Below, piece by piece: positions 54,226 to 62,391 of a DNA stretch of 64,000 bases; the first letter of the stretch is position 1, and each line of letters starts with the position of its first letter. The position numbers and the translations under genes are program-made. Source of the DNA: Candidatus Saccharimonadales bacterium (GTDB taxonomy: Bacteria; Patescibacteriota; Saccharimonadia; Saccharimonadales; Saccharimonadaceae). The DNA lies in assembly GCA_036382575.1 (NCBI GenBank), contig DASVHL010000033.1, positions 8,389-72,388 on the forward strand, read 5' to 3'. The notes beneath the pieces were generated by a model, which had not been told where the DNA came from, did not search any database, and saw only the letters and a program-made list of their open reading frames with translations.

Positions 54226-57084
54226 TTAGGCTTTCTGTAATGACAGCGTCAGCTCCGCACCTTCGACCTTGACCGTTGTAACATAATCATACGTATCGGC
54301 CGTCATAGTATCCGCTAAAGTCTCGGCCGCAATCGTCTCTTTGTGTTCATCAACTGCCTGGTGCAAATCTTTGTCGTCACTAACGAGGCTCAATGCGATA
54401 CGGTCATCAACGTTCAGACCAGCTTGCTTGCGAGCATTCTGGACATGACGAATCACTTCGCGCATCAATCCTTCACGCTTTAGCTCCGGCGTCAGCGTAA
54501 GATCAAGCGCTAATTCTTTGCCGATCTTTACTTCTTTGACATTCAACTCTTCAGTCAAGATATCTTCAAAGTTCACAAACTCGCCTAATTGCGGAATTGT
54601 CACACTCGCTAGTGGCTGACGAACTTTCATACGTTCTTTGGCTCGAATACTGAGCCCAGCATTCACGTATTCACGGACCATTTCCATGTCCTGGACAACT
54701 AATTCATTCACATGCCCAGTTGCCGGCCAATCAAGTAAGTGAACACTCTCGCCACCTGTAAGTTTCTGATACAACTCTTCGGCGAGGAATGGCGTAAATG
54801 GCGCCAAAACGTAGCTTAACTGCACCAATACGTAGTGGAGCGTGCGATAGGCGTTATTCTTATCAGTATCATCACCTGATTTCCAGAAGCGACGGCGGCT
54901 ACGACGTACGTACCAGTTAGAAGCATCTTCGATAAATGGCAAGATTGGCTTAATCGCGTTTGGAATATCGTAAGCATCCATATGCTTTTCAACCTCAGCA
55001 GTTAGTTGATGGACACGGCTGACCACCCATTGATCGAGTGGATTTTCAAGGCTGTCGGTTGGATCTGAAAGATCGCCGTTAAATTCCCAGCCATCAACTT
55101 CGGCATACATCGTAAAGAAATCATACATATTCCAGACCATTGATAGCTTGCGTGCGACATCCCCGACTTCCTTGTCCTGTAGGGCAAAATCCTCGCCGTT
55201 CAGAAGTGGGCTTTGTAGTAGCAGGAAACGAAGACTGTCAGCTGAGTACTGATCCATCAACACATTTGGATCTGTGTAGTTGCCGTAGCTTTTGCTCATT
55301 TTGCGGCCGTCATTACCCGCCACATTGCCCGTTACAATGACGTTCTTGAATGAGTTTTCGCCAAACAAGGCGACGCTCATTGAATGCATGTAGTAAAACC
55401 AAGCGCGGACCTGACCAATGTATTCCACGATGAAATCACCAGGAAAATTTTGTTCGAACTTCTGCTTGTTTTCAAACGGATAATGGAACTGCGCAAATGG
55501 CATACTGCCGGCTTCAAACCAGCTATCCATTACCTTATCGATACGCTCATAGGTGACACCATCGATTTCAAAGGTAATATCATCTACCCACGGACGGTGG
55601 TAATCATCGAGTTCGACACCACTTAGTTCTTTCAGCTCATCGTAACTGCCGACAACCTTCACATGTGTTTCGCCGCTGTTATCAGTACCCTTCCAGACAG
55701 GCATTGCCGTCGCCCAGAAACGGTCACGTGACAAGTTCCAGTCTGGTGCTTGTTCAATCGTTTTAGCAAAGCGACCATTCTTTACATGTGGCGGGAACCA
55801 GTTAACATTGCCATTCTTTTCAAGCATCGTTTCGCGCTGCGTGTCGATATCCATAAACCAACTTGGGTGCGCACGGTACATCAACTTCGTGCCACAACGA
55901 TGACAATGTGGGTAGCTGTGACGGATATAATCGATTTTCCAAACAATACCTTGCTCGTGTAACGTCTTAGCGATTGTTTTATTGATATCCCAGACATTCT
56001 CACCAGTCCAGTCACCTTCAGTGAAATGACCATTCTCGTCGATTGTATGAACAACCGGAATCTTCTTTTTGCGGGCCAGCGCAAAGTCCTCTTCACCATA
56101 AGCGGGTGCGATGTGAACGATACCAGAACCATCCTCGACACTGACATAGTCAGCGTGCCAAATTTGATGCGCATTCTCACCGCGATCAACACCGAGAAGT
56201 GGTTCGTATGATTTACCAACGAGTTCTTTGCCTTTTAGCGTGCGAACAACTTTATAGCTCAATGCCTGATGTTTGTCGTCAGTTAATACTTTTTCTGCTA
56301 GCTCCTTTGCAAGAATCAAACGCTCTCCATCGAGATCAACTTCAACATATTCAACATCCTTGTTTACTGCAATAGCTGTATTTGCCGGTAGTGTCCAGGG
56401 TGTTGTAGTCCAGGCTAGCAAGCTAACGGCTTCACCAACAAGTTTGAATTTTGTATAGACAGACGGGTCAGTGACATCCTGATAGGCACCAGCATCCATT
56501 GTTACCTCGGCTTTTGAAAGTGGCGTCGCATCAAGCGTACAGTACATCAGTACCTTTTCACCTTCGTAAATCTTGCCTTTTTCGTACAAAGTTTTAAACG
56601 CCCACCATACCGATTCCATATATTCTTTATCCATGGTCTTGTAAGCGCCCTTAAAGTCCACCCAGCGGCCAATACGATCAATCGTATCTTCCCATAAGCT
56701 ACTTGTCTGAACCATGTTCTCGCGACAAGCGATAATATATTTCTCAATGCCATAATCTAGCACTTCTTCTCGTGAGTTAATACCAAGCTTCTTCTCGGTA
56801 TAACGCTCAGCGGGAAGTCCATGACAGTCCCAACCCCAAACACGCTCAACATGCTTGCCTTTCATCGTCTGATAACGAGGCACGACGTCTTTAACAATCG
56901 AACTAAGTAGTGTTCCATGGTGAGGCACACCAGAAATAAACGGAGGACCATCATAAAACACATATGAATTATCTTTCGAGCGTTGTTCAATCGATTTTTC
57001 AAATGTTTTGTTCTTCTTCCACTGCTGCACTAAATCTTTTTCGTACTCAAGTGCTCGTCGTCGCGTATTGGCTTTGTACTTCAT
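54226..57084 (-). CDS. ileS: isoleucyl-tRNA synthetase, type 2 (eukaryote/actinobacterial-like)
   Basis: YVFYDGPPFISGVPHHGTLL (type-2 N-terminus), editing CP1, KMSKS. ATG at 57084 preceded by AAAGGA. Confidence 0.95.
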   Translation of the reverse strand: MKYKANTRRRALEYEKDLVQQWKKNKTFEKSIEQRSKDNSYVFYDGPPFISGVPHHGTLLSSIVKDVVPRYQTMKGKHVERVWGWDCHGLPAERYTEKKLGINSREEVLDYGIEKYIIACRENMVQTSSLWEDTIDRIGRWVDFKGAYKTMDKEYMESVWWAFKTLYEKGKIYEGEKVLMYCTLDATPLSKAEVTMDAGAYQDVTDPSVYTKFKLVGEAVSLLAWTTTPWTLPANTAIAVNKDVEYVEVDLDGERLILAKELAEKVLTDDKHQALSYKVVRTLKGKELVGKSYEPLLGVDRGENAHQIWHADYVSVEDGSGIVHIAPAYGEEDFALARKKKIPVVHTIDENGHFTEGDWTGENVWDINKTIAKTLHEQGIVWKIDYIRHSYPHCHRCGTKLMYRAHPSWFMDIDTQRETMLEKNGNVNWFPPHVKNGRFAKTIEQAPDWNLSRDRFWATAMPVWKGTDNSGETHVKVVGSYDELKELSGVELDDYHRPWVDDITFEIDGVTYERIDKVMDSWFEAGSMPFAQFHYPFENKQKFEQNFPGDFIVEYIGQVRAWFYYMHSMSVALFGENSFKNVIVTGNVAGNDGRKMSKSYGNYTDPNVLMDQYSADSLRFLLLQSPLLNGEDFALQDKEVGDVARKLSMVWNMYDFFTMYAEVDGWEFNGDLSDPTDSLENPLDQWVVSRVHQLTAEVEKHMDAYDIPNAIKPILPFIEDASNWYVRRSRRRFWKSGDDTDKNNAYRTLHYVLVQLSYVLAPFTPFLAEELYQKLTGGESVHLLDWPATGHVNELVVQDMEMVREYVNAGLSIRAKERMKVRQPLASVTIPQLGEFVNFEDILTEELNVKEVKIGKELALDLTLTPELKREGLMREVIRHVQNARKQAGLNVDDRIALSLVSDDKDLHQAVDEHKETIAAETLADTMTADTYDYVTTVKVEGAELTLSLQKA

Positions 57085-57300
57085 TTTTATTCCTTTCATA
57101 AAAATAAAAAATCCCTTTTTAGTCACTGGAATCCGCATATGCGGACGGTACCATCCAGTTTCTAAAAAGAGATTCTTCTTAGCGCTTAGTTGTTCGCTTT
57201 AACGCAGCGTGCGCGTTGAGTTCTACTCGGCCAAAGCTTTTCTTCCCAATGACTTCGTGGCTGATAACCACTCATCTACAAACATAGAATGTCTAGGCTT
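57085..57300 (-). promoter_or_regulatory. T-box riboswitch leader of ileS (Ile/AUC specifier)
   Basis: Canonical antiterminator at 57125-57159: A1 ACUGGA/UCCAGU, 7-nt bulge UGGUACC, A2 GUCCGC/GCGGAU. Hairpin at 57257-57271 has the 7-nt loop UUAUCAG (AUC = 57263-57265), flanked by GAUGAG...CGAA. U-tract at 57100-57112. Confidence 0.72.
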
Positions 57301-57301
57301 T

Positions 57302-57329
57302 ATTCTACACGCTTTAGACCGATATTGAA
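57302..57329 (-). promoter_or_regulatory. candidate promoter of the ileS leader
   Basis: Minus strand: TTCAAT (57324-29), N16, TAGAAT (57302-07). Confidence 0.35.
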
Positions 57330-57342
57330 AGATATGAGCCGG

Positions 57343-57963
57343 TTAAGCAAACAGTGCGTCGCCGAATTTCAGTACGACGAGGGCGATCATAGCAACAATC
57401 CAGCTCGCAACAATCAGTTTGTGATAGCCACCTTTAATAAGAGCCTGGGCCTTCTTATTAGCTGACTTCGAAAGACCAAATGTATTTTCGCGAAGATTAT
57501 AGTGCGTTATTGTCGCAAATAGCATCGTGGTCGTAAATGTCACAACCAAACACCACGGACAAAGCACTTCAATTACATAAACGCTATTGAAAAATAGCCA
57601 GTATGCAAACACGAGGCCCAGCAAATAGCCGATATTAGCACCGATATAAAACCAGCGTGGCAACACTGCCTTACTTAAACCAAGTGATGCCACAACGATT
57701 ACCACCGGAAATGCCATCAGGCCAATAAACATATTCGGAAAACCAAAGACACTAGCTTGCCAGGTTTTCATTACCTCAGCACAGTTGAGGACAAGGTTAA
57801 ACGAGCAAGACAGAACTGTATCCGGGTTCTTTAATAGATGAAACTCTTCAACTGCCAGTACAAAGCTTGCGATCAAGCCAACAATACCAAATGCCAACAT
57901 AGTACCAAAAATCCAACGATTTGAACGCTCTTTTTGTTCAGCTTTTGCAAACAGTTTAAACAT
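57343..57963 (-). CDS. vitamin K epoxide reductase (VKOR) family disulfide-bond-forming membrane protein
   Basis: Loop cysteine pair SCSFNLVLNC and active-site CPWC in TM4. Confidence 0.85.
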   Translation of the reverse strand: MFKLFAKAEQKERSNRWIFGTMLAFGIVGLIASFVLAVEEFHLLKNPDTVLSCSFNLVLNCAEVMKTWQASVFGFPNMFIGLMAFPVVIVVASLGLSKAVLPRWFYIGANIGYLLGLVFAYWLFFNSVYVIEVLCPWCLVVTFTTTMLFATITHYNLRENTFGLSKSANKKAQALIKGGYHKLIVASWIVAMIALVVLKFGDALFA

Positions 57964-58213
57964 AGTAGCTTACCTCACTGATGGTTGGTAGCGGACGACC
58001 ACGCCAAAGATTTTGCAGCACAGCATCATCACTTAACGCAACAATGCTTGGATATTCAACAATGTCGTAGGTACGGCAGAAACTCGCACCATCAGGGGTA
58101 TCGGGGTTCATTGTCTCGAGTTCGTGGCCAGTTTGGCGGGCAAAATCACGCAGATAGTCGATCACTTCGCGTGCATGATCACTTTCCTCTTTGTAAATAA
58201 CGATTGCCCTCAT
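57956..58213 (-). CDS. glutaredoxin/NrdH-like fold protein lacking the CxxC active site
   Basis: MRAIVIYKEESDHAREVIDYL...YDIVEYPSIVAL matches the Grx/NrdH beta-alpha-beta and cis-Pro pattern. ESDH occupies the position where CxxC is expected. Overlaps the VKOR gene by 8 nt. Confidence 0.4.
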   Translation of the reverse strand: MRAIVIYKEESDHAREVIDYLRDFARQTGHELETMNPDTPDGASFCRTYDIVEYPSIVALSDDAVLQNLWRGRPLPTISEVSYYV

Positions 58214-58218
58214 ACCAC

Positions 58219-58665
58219 CTACTTTCTACGACGCTGCTGTAAGATTTCTTCAAATTCATCAAGCGTTTTAAAGTCGTGATACACGCTCGCAAAACGCACA
58301 TAGGCCACTTCATTGCGAATTGCCAGCTCATCGAGTACCAAATCGCCGATTTGGCGTGAAATTACTTCACCCTCACCCAGGTCATAGACCGCATCTTCGA
58401 CGTTGTTAATGATCTCTTCAACTTCTAGTTCAGAGGTAAAGAATTTACCAACCGAACGATGGATCGCATTTGCTAGCTTATCGCGGTCAAATAGCTCACG
58501 GGTGCCGTCTTTTTTGACAACCGCAATATTTGGACGCTCGACACGTTCGTACGTCGTAAAGCGTTTACCGTCGGCCGTCTCACGGCGACGACGAATTGTC
58601 ACGCCATCGGCAGACTCTCGTGATTCAATAACGCGACTATCGCCAATCTTGTATTTCGAACTCAT
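58219..58665 (-). CDS. nrdR: NrdR-family transcriptional repressor with ATP-cone but no zinc-ribbon cysteines
   Basis: DSRVIESR...IRRRRE....RFTTYERVE plus ATP-cone (VVKKDGTRELFDRDKL...). All four expected Cys positions are substituted. Confidence 0.8.
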   Translation of the reverse strand: MSSKYKIGDSRVIESRESADGVTIRRRRETADGKRFTTYERVERPNIAVVKKDGTRELFDRDKLANAIHRSVGKFFTSELEVEEIINNVEDAVYDLGEGEVISRQIGDLVLDELAIRNEVAYVRFASVYHDFKTLDEFEEILQQRRRK

Positions 58666-58677
58666 CAGGTAGCTCCC

Positions 58678-59874
58678 TTAAGATTCGTCAGATTTTTTAG
58701 CTTTTTTGCGACGACGCAAGAAGGCTGGTGTATCTGATTCGTCGTCATCTTCAGGCTGATCGGCCCAGATATTATGTGTCGTGTCTTCTGCAAAACTTGC
58801 TGCAGCGTCAACTTGGTCAAGATCCATATTAATCTCTTCGACAGCGGCATCGGCTGGCTCGTGACGTTTATTAAGTGCAGTTGGAACCTCTAGTTGAGCA
58901 GCCTGCTCATGGAAGAATGCGCTGTCAAAGCCCGTTGCAATAACAGTGATGATTAGTTCATCTTCAAGTTCTGGCTTTAAGGTTGCACCAAAGATAATAT
59001 TGGCATCTGGTGAGACCGAGCTAGTGATAATTTCAGCAGCCTCTTGAATCTCACTCATACTCATGTCGTAGCCGCCAGTGACGTTAAATAGAACGCCCTT
59101 AGCACCATCGATTGACACTTCGATGAGCGGTGACTCAATTGCTTGCTGTGCGGCCTGTGCGGCACGGTCATCGCCACTGGCGCGGCCAATGCCCATAAGC
59201 GCTGAACCAGCGTTGCTCATAATTGCCTTTACGTCGGCAAAGTCGAGGTTGATCAAACCGTGTTCGGTAATCAACTCTGAAATACCCTGAACACCTTGGC
59301 GAAGAACATCGTCAGCAATCTTGAAGGTTTCAAGAAGTGGGGTGCGACGGTCGATTGTCTGAAGAAGACGATCGTTAGGAATCGTAATCAAAGTATCAAC
59401 TTGCTTGCCAAGCTGTGCAATTGCCCAGTCAGCGTTTTGGCGACGCTTGTCACCTTCAAAGCTAAATGGCTTGGTGGCAACACCAACAACCAAAATGCCT
59501 AGTTCGCGAGCTACTTCAGCTACAACATGGCCAGCACCACTACCAGTACCACCACCGGCACCAATCGTCACAAAGATCATATCAGCGCCTTCAATTGCAG
59601 CTTTGATTTCTTCGCGTGATTCGTTTGCAGCTGCTTCACCCATTGATGGATCTGCACCAGCACCGAGGCCGTTTGTCGTCGTGTGACCCAGGTGGATCTT
59701 CACGTCGGCCTTTGAGTTATGAAGCGCCTGCGCATCAGTGTTCATCGCAATGAACTGGACTCCGGACAAGCCGGCATCTTTCATGCGGTTGACAGCAGAG
59801 CCACCGGCACCACCAACACCAACAACTTTGATGCTAGCGAAGGTTTGTATTTCACTTGGTTTTACTTCAGGCAT
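58678..59874 (-). CDS. ftsZ: cell division protein FtsZ
   Basis: IKVVGVGGAGGSAVNRM and GGGTGSGAGHV (tubulin signature). ATG at 59874 has GGGGAGAG SD at proper spacing. The track start at 59883 is a GTG abutting the SD. Confidence 0.97.
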   Translation of the reverse strand: MPEVKPSEIQTFASIKVVGVGGAGGSAVNRMKDAGLSGVQFIAMNTDAQALHNSKADVKIHLGHTTTNGLGAGADPSMGEAAANESREEIKAAIEGADMIFVTIGAGGGTGSGAGHVVAEVARELGILVVGVATKPFSFEGDKRRQNADWAIAQLGKQVDTLITIPNDRLLQTIDRRTPLLETFKIADDVLRQGVQGISELITEHGLINLDFADVKAIMSNAGSALMGIGRASGDDRAAQAAQQAIESPLIEVSIDGAKGVLFNVTGGYDMSMSEIQEAAEIITSSVSPDANIIFGATLKPELEDELIITVIATGFDSAFFHEQAAQLEVPTALNKRHEPADAAVEEINMDLDQVDAAASFAEDTTHNIWADQPEDDDESDTPAFLRRRKKAKKSDES

Positions 59875-59938
59875 GGAATGCACTCTCCCCAGATATTCTA
59901 TTCTTAACTAAGTATATCATTTATTGTTCAAAAACTAA

Positions 59939-61180
59939 TTACGCCTTGAATCGGTCTAAAAATTTAGACACCATTCCGCCGACGTTCTTGATAGCAGCTT
60001 TACTACTTCCCTTTGATGATTTGCCGTGGCCAACTTCATGCGCACCGTGCACATCAGCCAGCATTAAGCCAACCGCGGTTGCAAACTGTGGCTGATCAAT
60101 ATCCTCGACAACCCCGCCATATCCTGACGATTTACCAACACGAGCCGCCAGCCCAAGCTTGTCCTTGGCATACTGTGCGATACCCTTTAGGTTCGCAGTG
60201 CCACCAGTTAGCACGACGCCACTTGGCAACTTGCCAGCACGGCCGATTTTCTTAAGCTCTTTTTGAATTGCATCAAAAATTTCTTCAAGACGGGCTTCAA
60301 CGATTTCATCGATGTCATTCGTATGAAAATTAAAGATCTCATCATCATGTTTGACGCTAATACCTTCGTTGTCTGATCGAGGTGTAGCCACCGCATGACC
60401 TAATTTTACCTTTTCGGCAATTTCAGGATCGGTCTTGAGACCAATAGCAAGATCGTTCGAAATGTTCGAACCACCCAATGGAATCACCGCCACAAACTGT
60501 AAATCACCCTCTTCAAAGACGGCAATACTCGTTGTTGCACCACCAAGATCAATCACTGCAACACCATTTTCAATCTGCTGTTCACTTAATACAGAACGAG
60601 CGGCCGCAAGCACAGCCGGTGTAATCATATGCGGCGTTACCTTGGCCATTTCGGCTGACTTTTGTAGGTTTGCCAGGTGTGGAGCCAGTGCTGAAACAAC
60701 ATTGGCGTCAATCTCTAGACGTGTTCCTGTCATACCAATCGGATCCTTGATGTTATCTTGACCATCTAAGCGGTAGCTGTGCGGCACAACCTCAAGAATT
60801 TCACGGTTCGCAGGCACTTTACCAAGTGTGGCAACTTCTTCTATTCGCGCGAGGTCTTCGCCGACAATTTCATGATCCAAACCACCAACAGCAATCATAC
60901 CGTCAGCCTTGGTGCTCAAGATGTGTGCACCATTAATACTGATCGACGCGGAATCAACCTGATAGCCGCTCATTCGCTCTGCCTCACCAAGAGCAGTATC
61001 GATCGCCTGGGCTGGACCCGCCAAGTTGGCAACCACGCCTTTGCGCATACCACTATTTGGTGCTACACCGACCCCTACAATTGTTGGCGTTCCTGTCGTC
61101 GCATCAATATGTCCAACCACACATCTAACAGTGGTCGTTCCGATATCAATACCGACTGCATATCGAGAAGTTTCTTGCAT
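59939..61180 (-). CDS. ftsA: cell division protein FtsA
   Basis: Actin-fold motifs VGIDIGTTTVRCVVG and VIDLGGATTSIAVF. Directly upstream of ftsZ. Confidence 0.95.
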   Translation of the reverse strand: MQETSRYAVGIDIGTTTVRCVVGHIDATTGTPTIVGVGVAPNSGMRKGVVANLAGPAQAIDTALGEAERMSGYQVDSASISINGAHILSTKADGMIAVGGLDHEIVGEDLARIEEVATLGKVPANREILEVVPHSYRLDGQDNIKDPIGMTGTRLEIDANVVSALAPHLANLQKSAEMAKVTPHMITPAVLAAARSVLSEQQIENGVAVIDLGGATTSIAVFEEGDLQFVAVIPLGGSNISNDLAIGLKTDPEIAEKVKLGHAVATPRSDNEGISVKHDDEIFNFHTNDIDEIVEARLEEIFDAIQKELKKIGRAGKLPSGVVLTGGTANLKGIAQYAKDKLGLAARVGKSSGYGGVVEDIDQPQFATAVGLMLADVHGAHEVGHGKSSKGSSKAAIKNVGGMVSKFLDRFKA

Positions 61181-61187
61181 GTGGTCT

Positions 61188-61237
61188 AGTATAACGCTTA
61201 TGACATATTTTGCCTAGCGGTGATATAGGGATAGAAT
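61188..61237. promoter_or_regulatory. divergent -10 boxes for ftsA and murI, each 6-7 nt from its ATG
   Basis: Minus-strand TATACT (61188-93), N7, ATG 61180. Plus-strand TAGAAT (61232-37), N6, ATG 61244. No SD on either side. Confidence 0.4.
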
Positions 61238-61243
61238 AAGAAT

Positions 61244-61897
61244 ATGAAATTAGGCGTCTTTGATAGCGGAATTGGTGGCGAAGCGGTTGCTCGGGCACTC
61301 CAAGTCAGCTTCCCTTCTGCCCAAATGATCGTTATTAATGACAAGGCTAATGTTCCTTATGGCGATAAATCATCTGATGAAGTAATTCGTCTTACCGATA
61401 CTGCAATTCAGCCACTTTTATCCGCCTCATGCGATATTATTATTCTCGCCTGCAACACAGCAACAGCCGCGGCCATTGAAATCCTCAGAGCTCACTACCC
61501 AACTCAGAAATTCATCGGCATTGAGCCAATGATCAAGACCGCCGCTTCTCTGAGTAAAACAAATACCATTGCCGTTTGCGCCACACCGGCGACACTTTCC
61601 AGTGAACGTTACCGTCAATTAATTGCGAGGTACGGTACTCATTTAGATATTATCAAACCCGATTGCAGCACTTGGGCTTACATGATCGAGAGTAATCAAT
61701 TAAATCATGAGATGATTAAACAAACTGTTACGGATGTCTGCAATCGAGGTGCTGATGTTATCGTCCTGGGCTGCACCCATTACCACTGGATCAAAGAAGA
61801 AATTTTGCAAATAGCCGCAGGTCGCGCGCAAGTCATTGAGCCGTCCGAAGCTATCGGACGGCGAGTTGCTGCGCTGCTTGAGCAAGCTAGCCTATAA
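61244..61897 (+). CDS. murI: glutamate racemase (short form)
   Basis: GVFDSGIGG, catalytic Cys contexts LACNTA and LGCTHY. Confidence 0.85.
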   Translation: MKLGVFDSGIGGEAVARALQVSFPSAQMIVINDKANVPYGDKSSDEVIRLTDTAIQPLLSASCDIIILACNTATAAAIEILRAHYPTQKFIGIEPMIKTAASLSKTNTIAVCATPATLSSERYRQLIARYGTHLDIIKPDCSTWAYMIESNQLNHEMIKQTVTDVCNRGADVIVLGCTHYHWIKEEILQIAAGRAQVIEPSEAIGRRVAALLEQASL

Positions 61898-62384
61898 TAG
61901 CTTTTCGCTCGCGTAAAACTTTCGTACGGTACTTTGCAAAAAAATATAGCCCACAGATAAACAATACGGCACTTGCTACGATTAAGCCGACAAATAAAAA
62001 GAATAGTGGCATTTGTTGCACTGCAAGCTGCGGGATGCGTCGGGTTGGTACTGCAACAACACCCACGAATGCCGCTACTGCACCAAAATAACTACCGATC
62101 ATATTAGCCTTATGTGCGGAAATATTACCTTTTATAGCTCCGTACAAACCAAGTGAAACGGTTAATAGCGTAAACAAAGACAAGCCGTGCAGCCAGCTAA
62201 AGCCTTCGTTTACACCTTGAATAAAGAATGAGCTCACGCAAACCATATACATACAAACGACCCATGTTCGGCCAACCATACGATGAAAGCGGTCACCCTT
62301 TTTAGGTCGTATCAGTTGAAATGCACCCAGTAGTAAGCTTAGTGATGCAGTGACAGCATGGATAATAATGAGAAGTGTCCACAT
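61887..62384 (-). CDS. small polytopic membrane protein (DUF2306-like)
   Basis: Four hydrophobic helices. The family assignment is tentative. Confidence 0.45.
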   Translation of the reverse strand: MWTLLIIIHAVTASLSLLLGAFQLIRPKKGDRFHRMVGRTWVVCMYMVCVSSFFIQGVNEGFSWLHGLSLFTLLTVSLGLYGAIKGNISAHKANMIGSYFGAVAAFVGVVAVPTRRIPQLAVQQMPLFFLFVGLIVASAVLFICGLYFFAKYRTKVLRERKAIIG

Positions 62385-62391
62385 AATAACC

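Noticed and set aside
57100-57171. Long hairpin plus U-tract in the ileS leader, initially read as the T-box terminator.
   Set aside because: Its lower stem extends helix A1 of the antiterminator rather than competing with it, so it cannot be the canonical mutually exclusive terminator. The expression platform is reported as unresolved, not called as a terminator feature.
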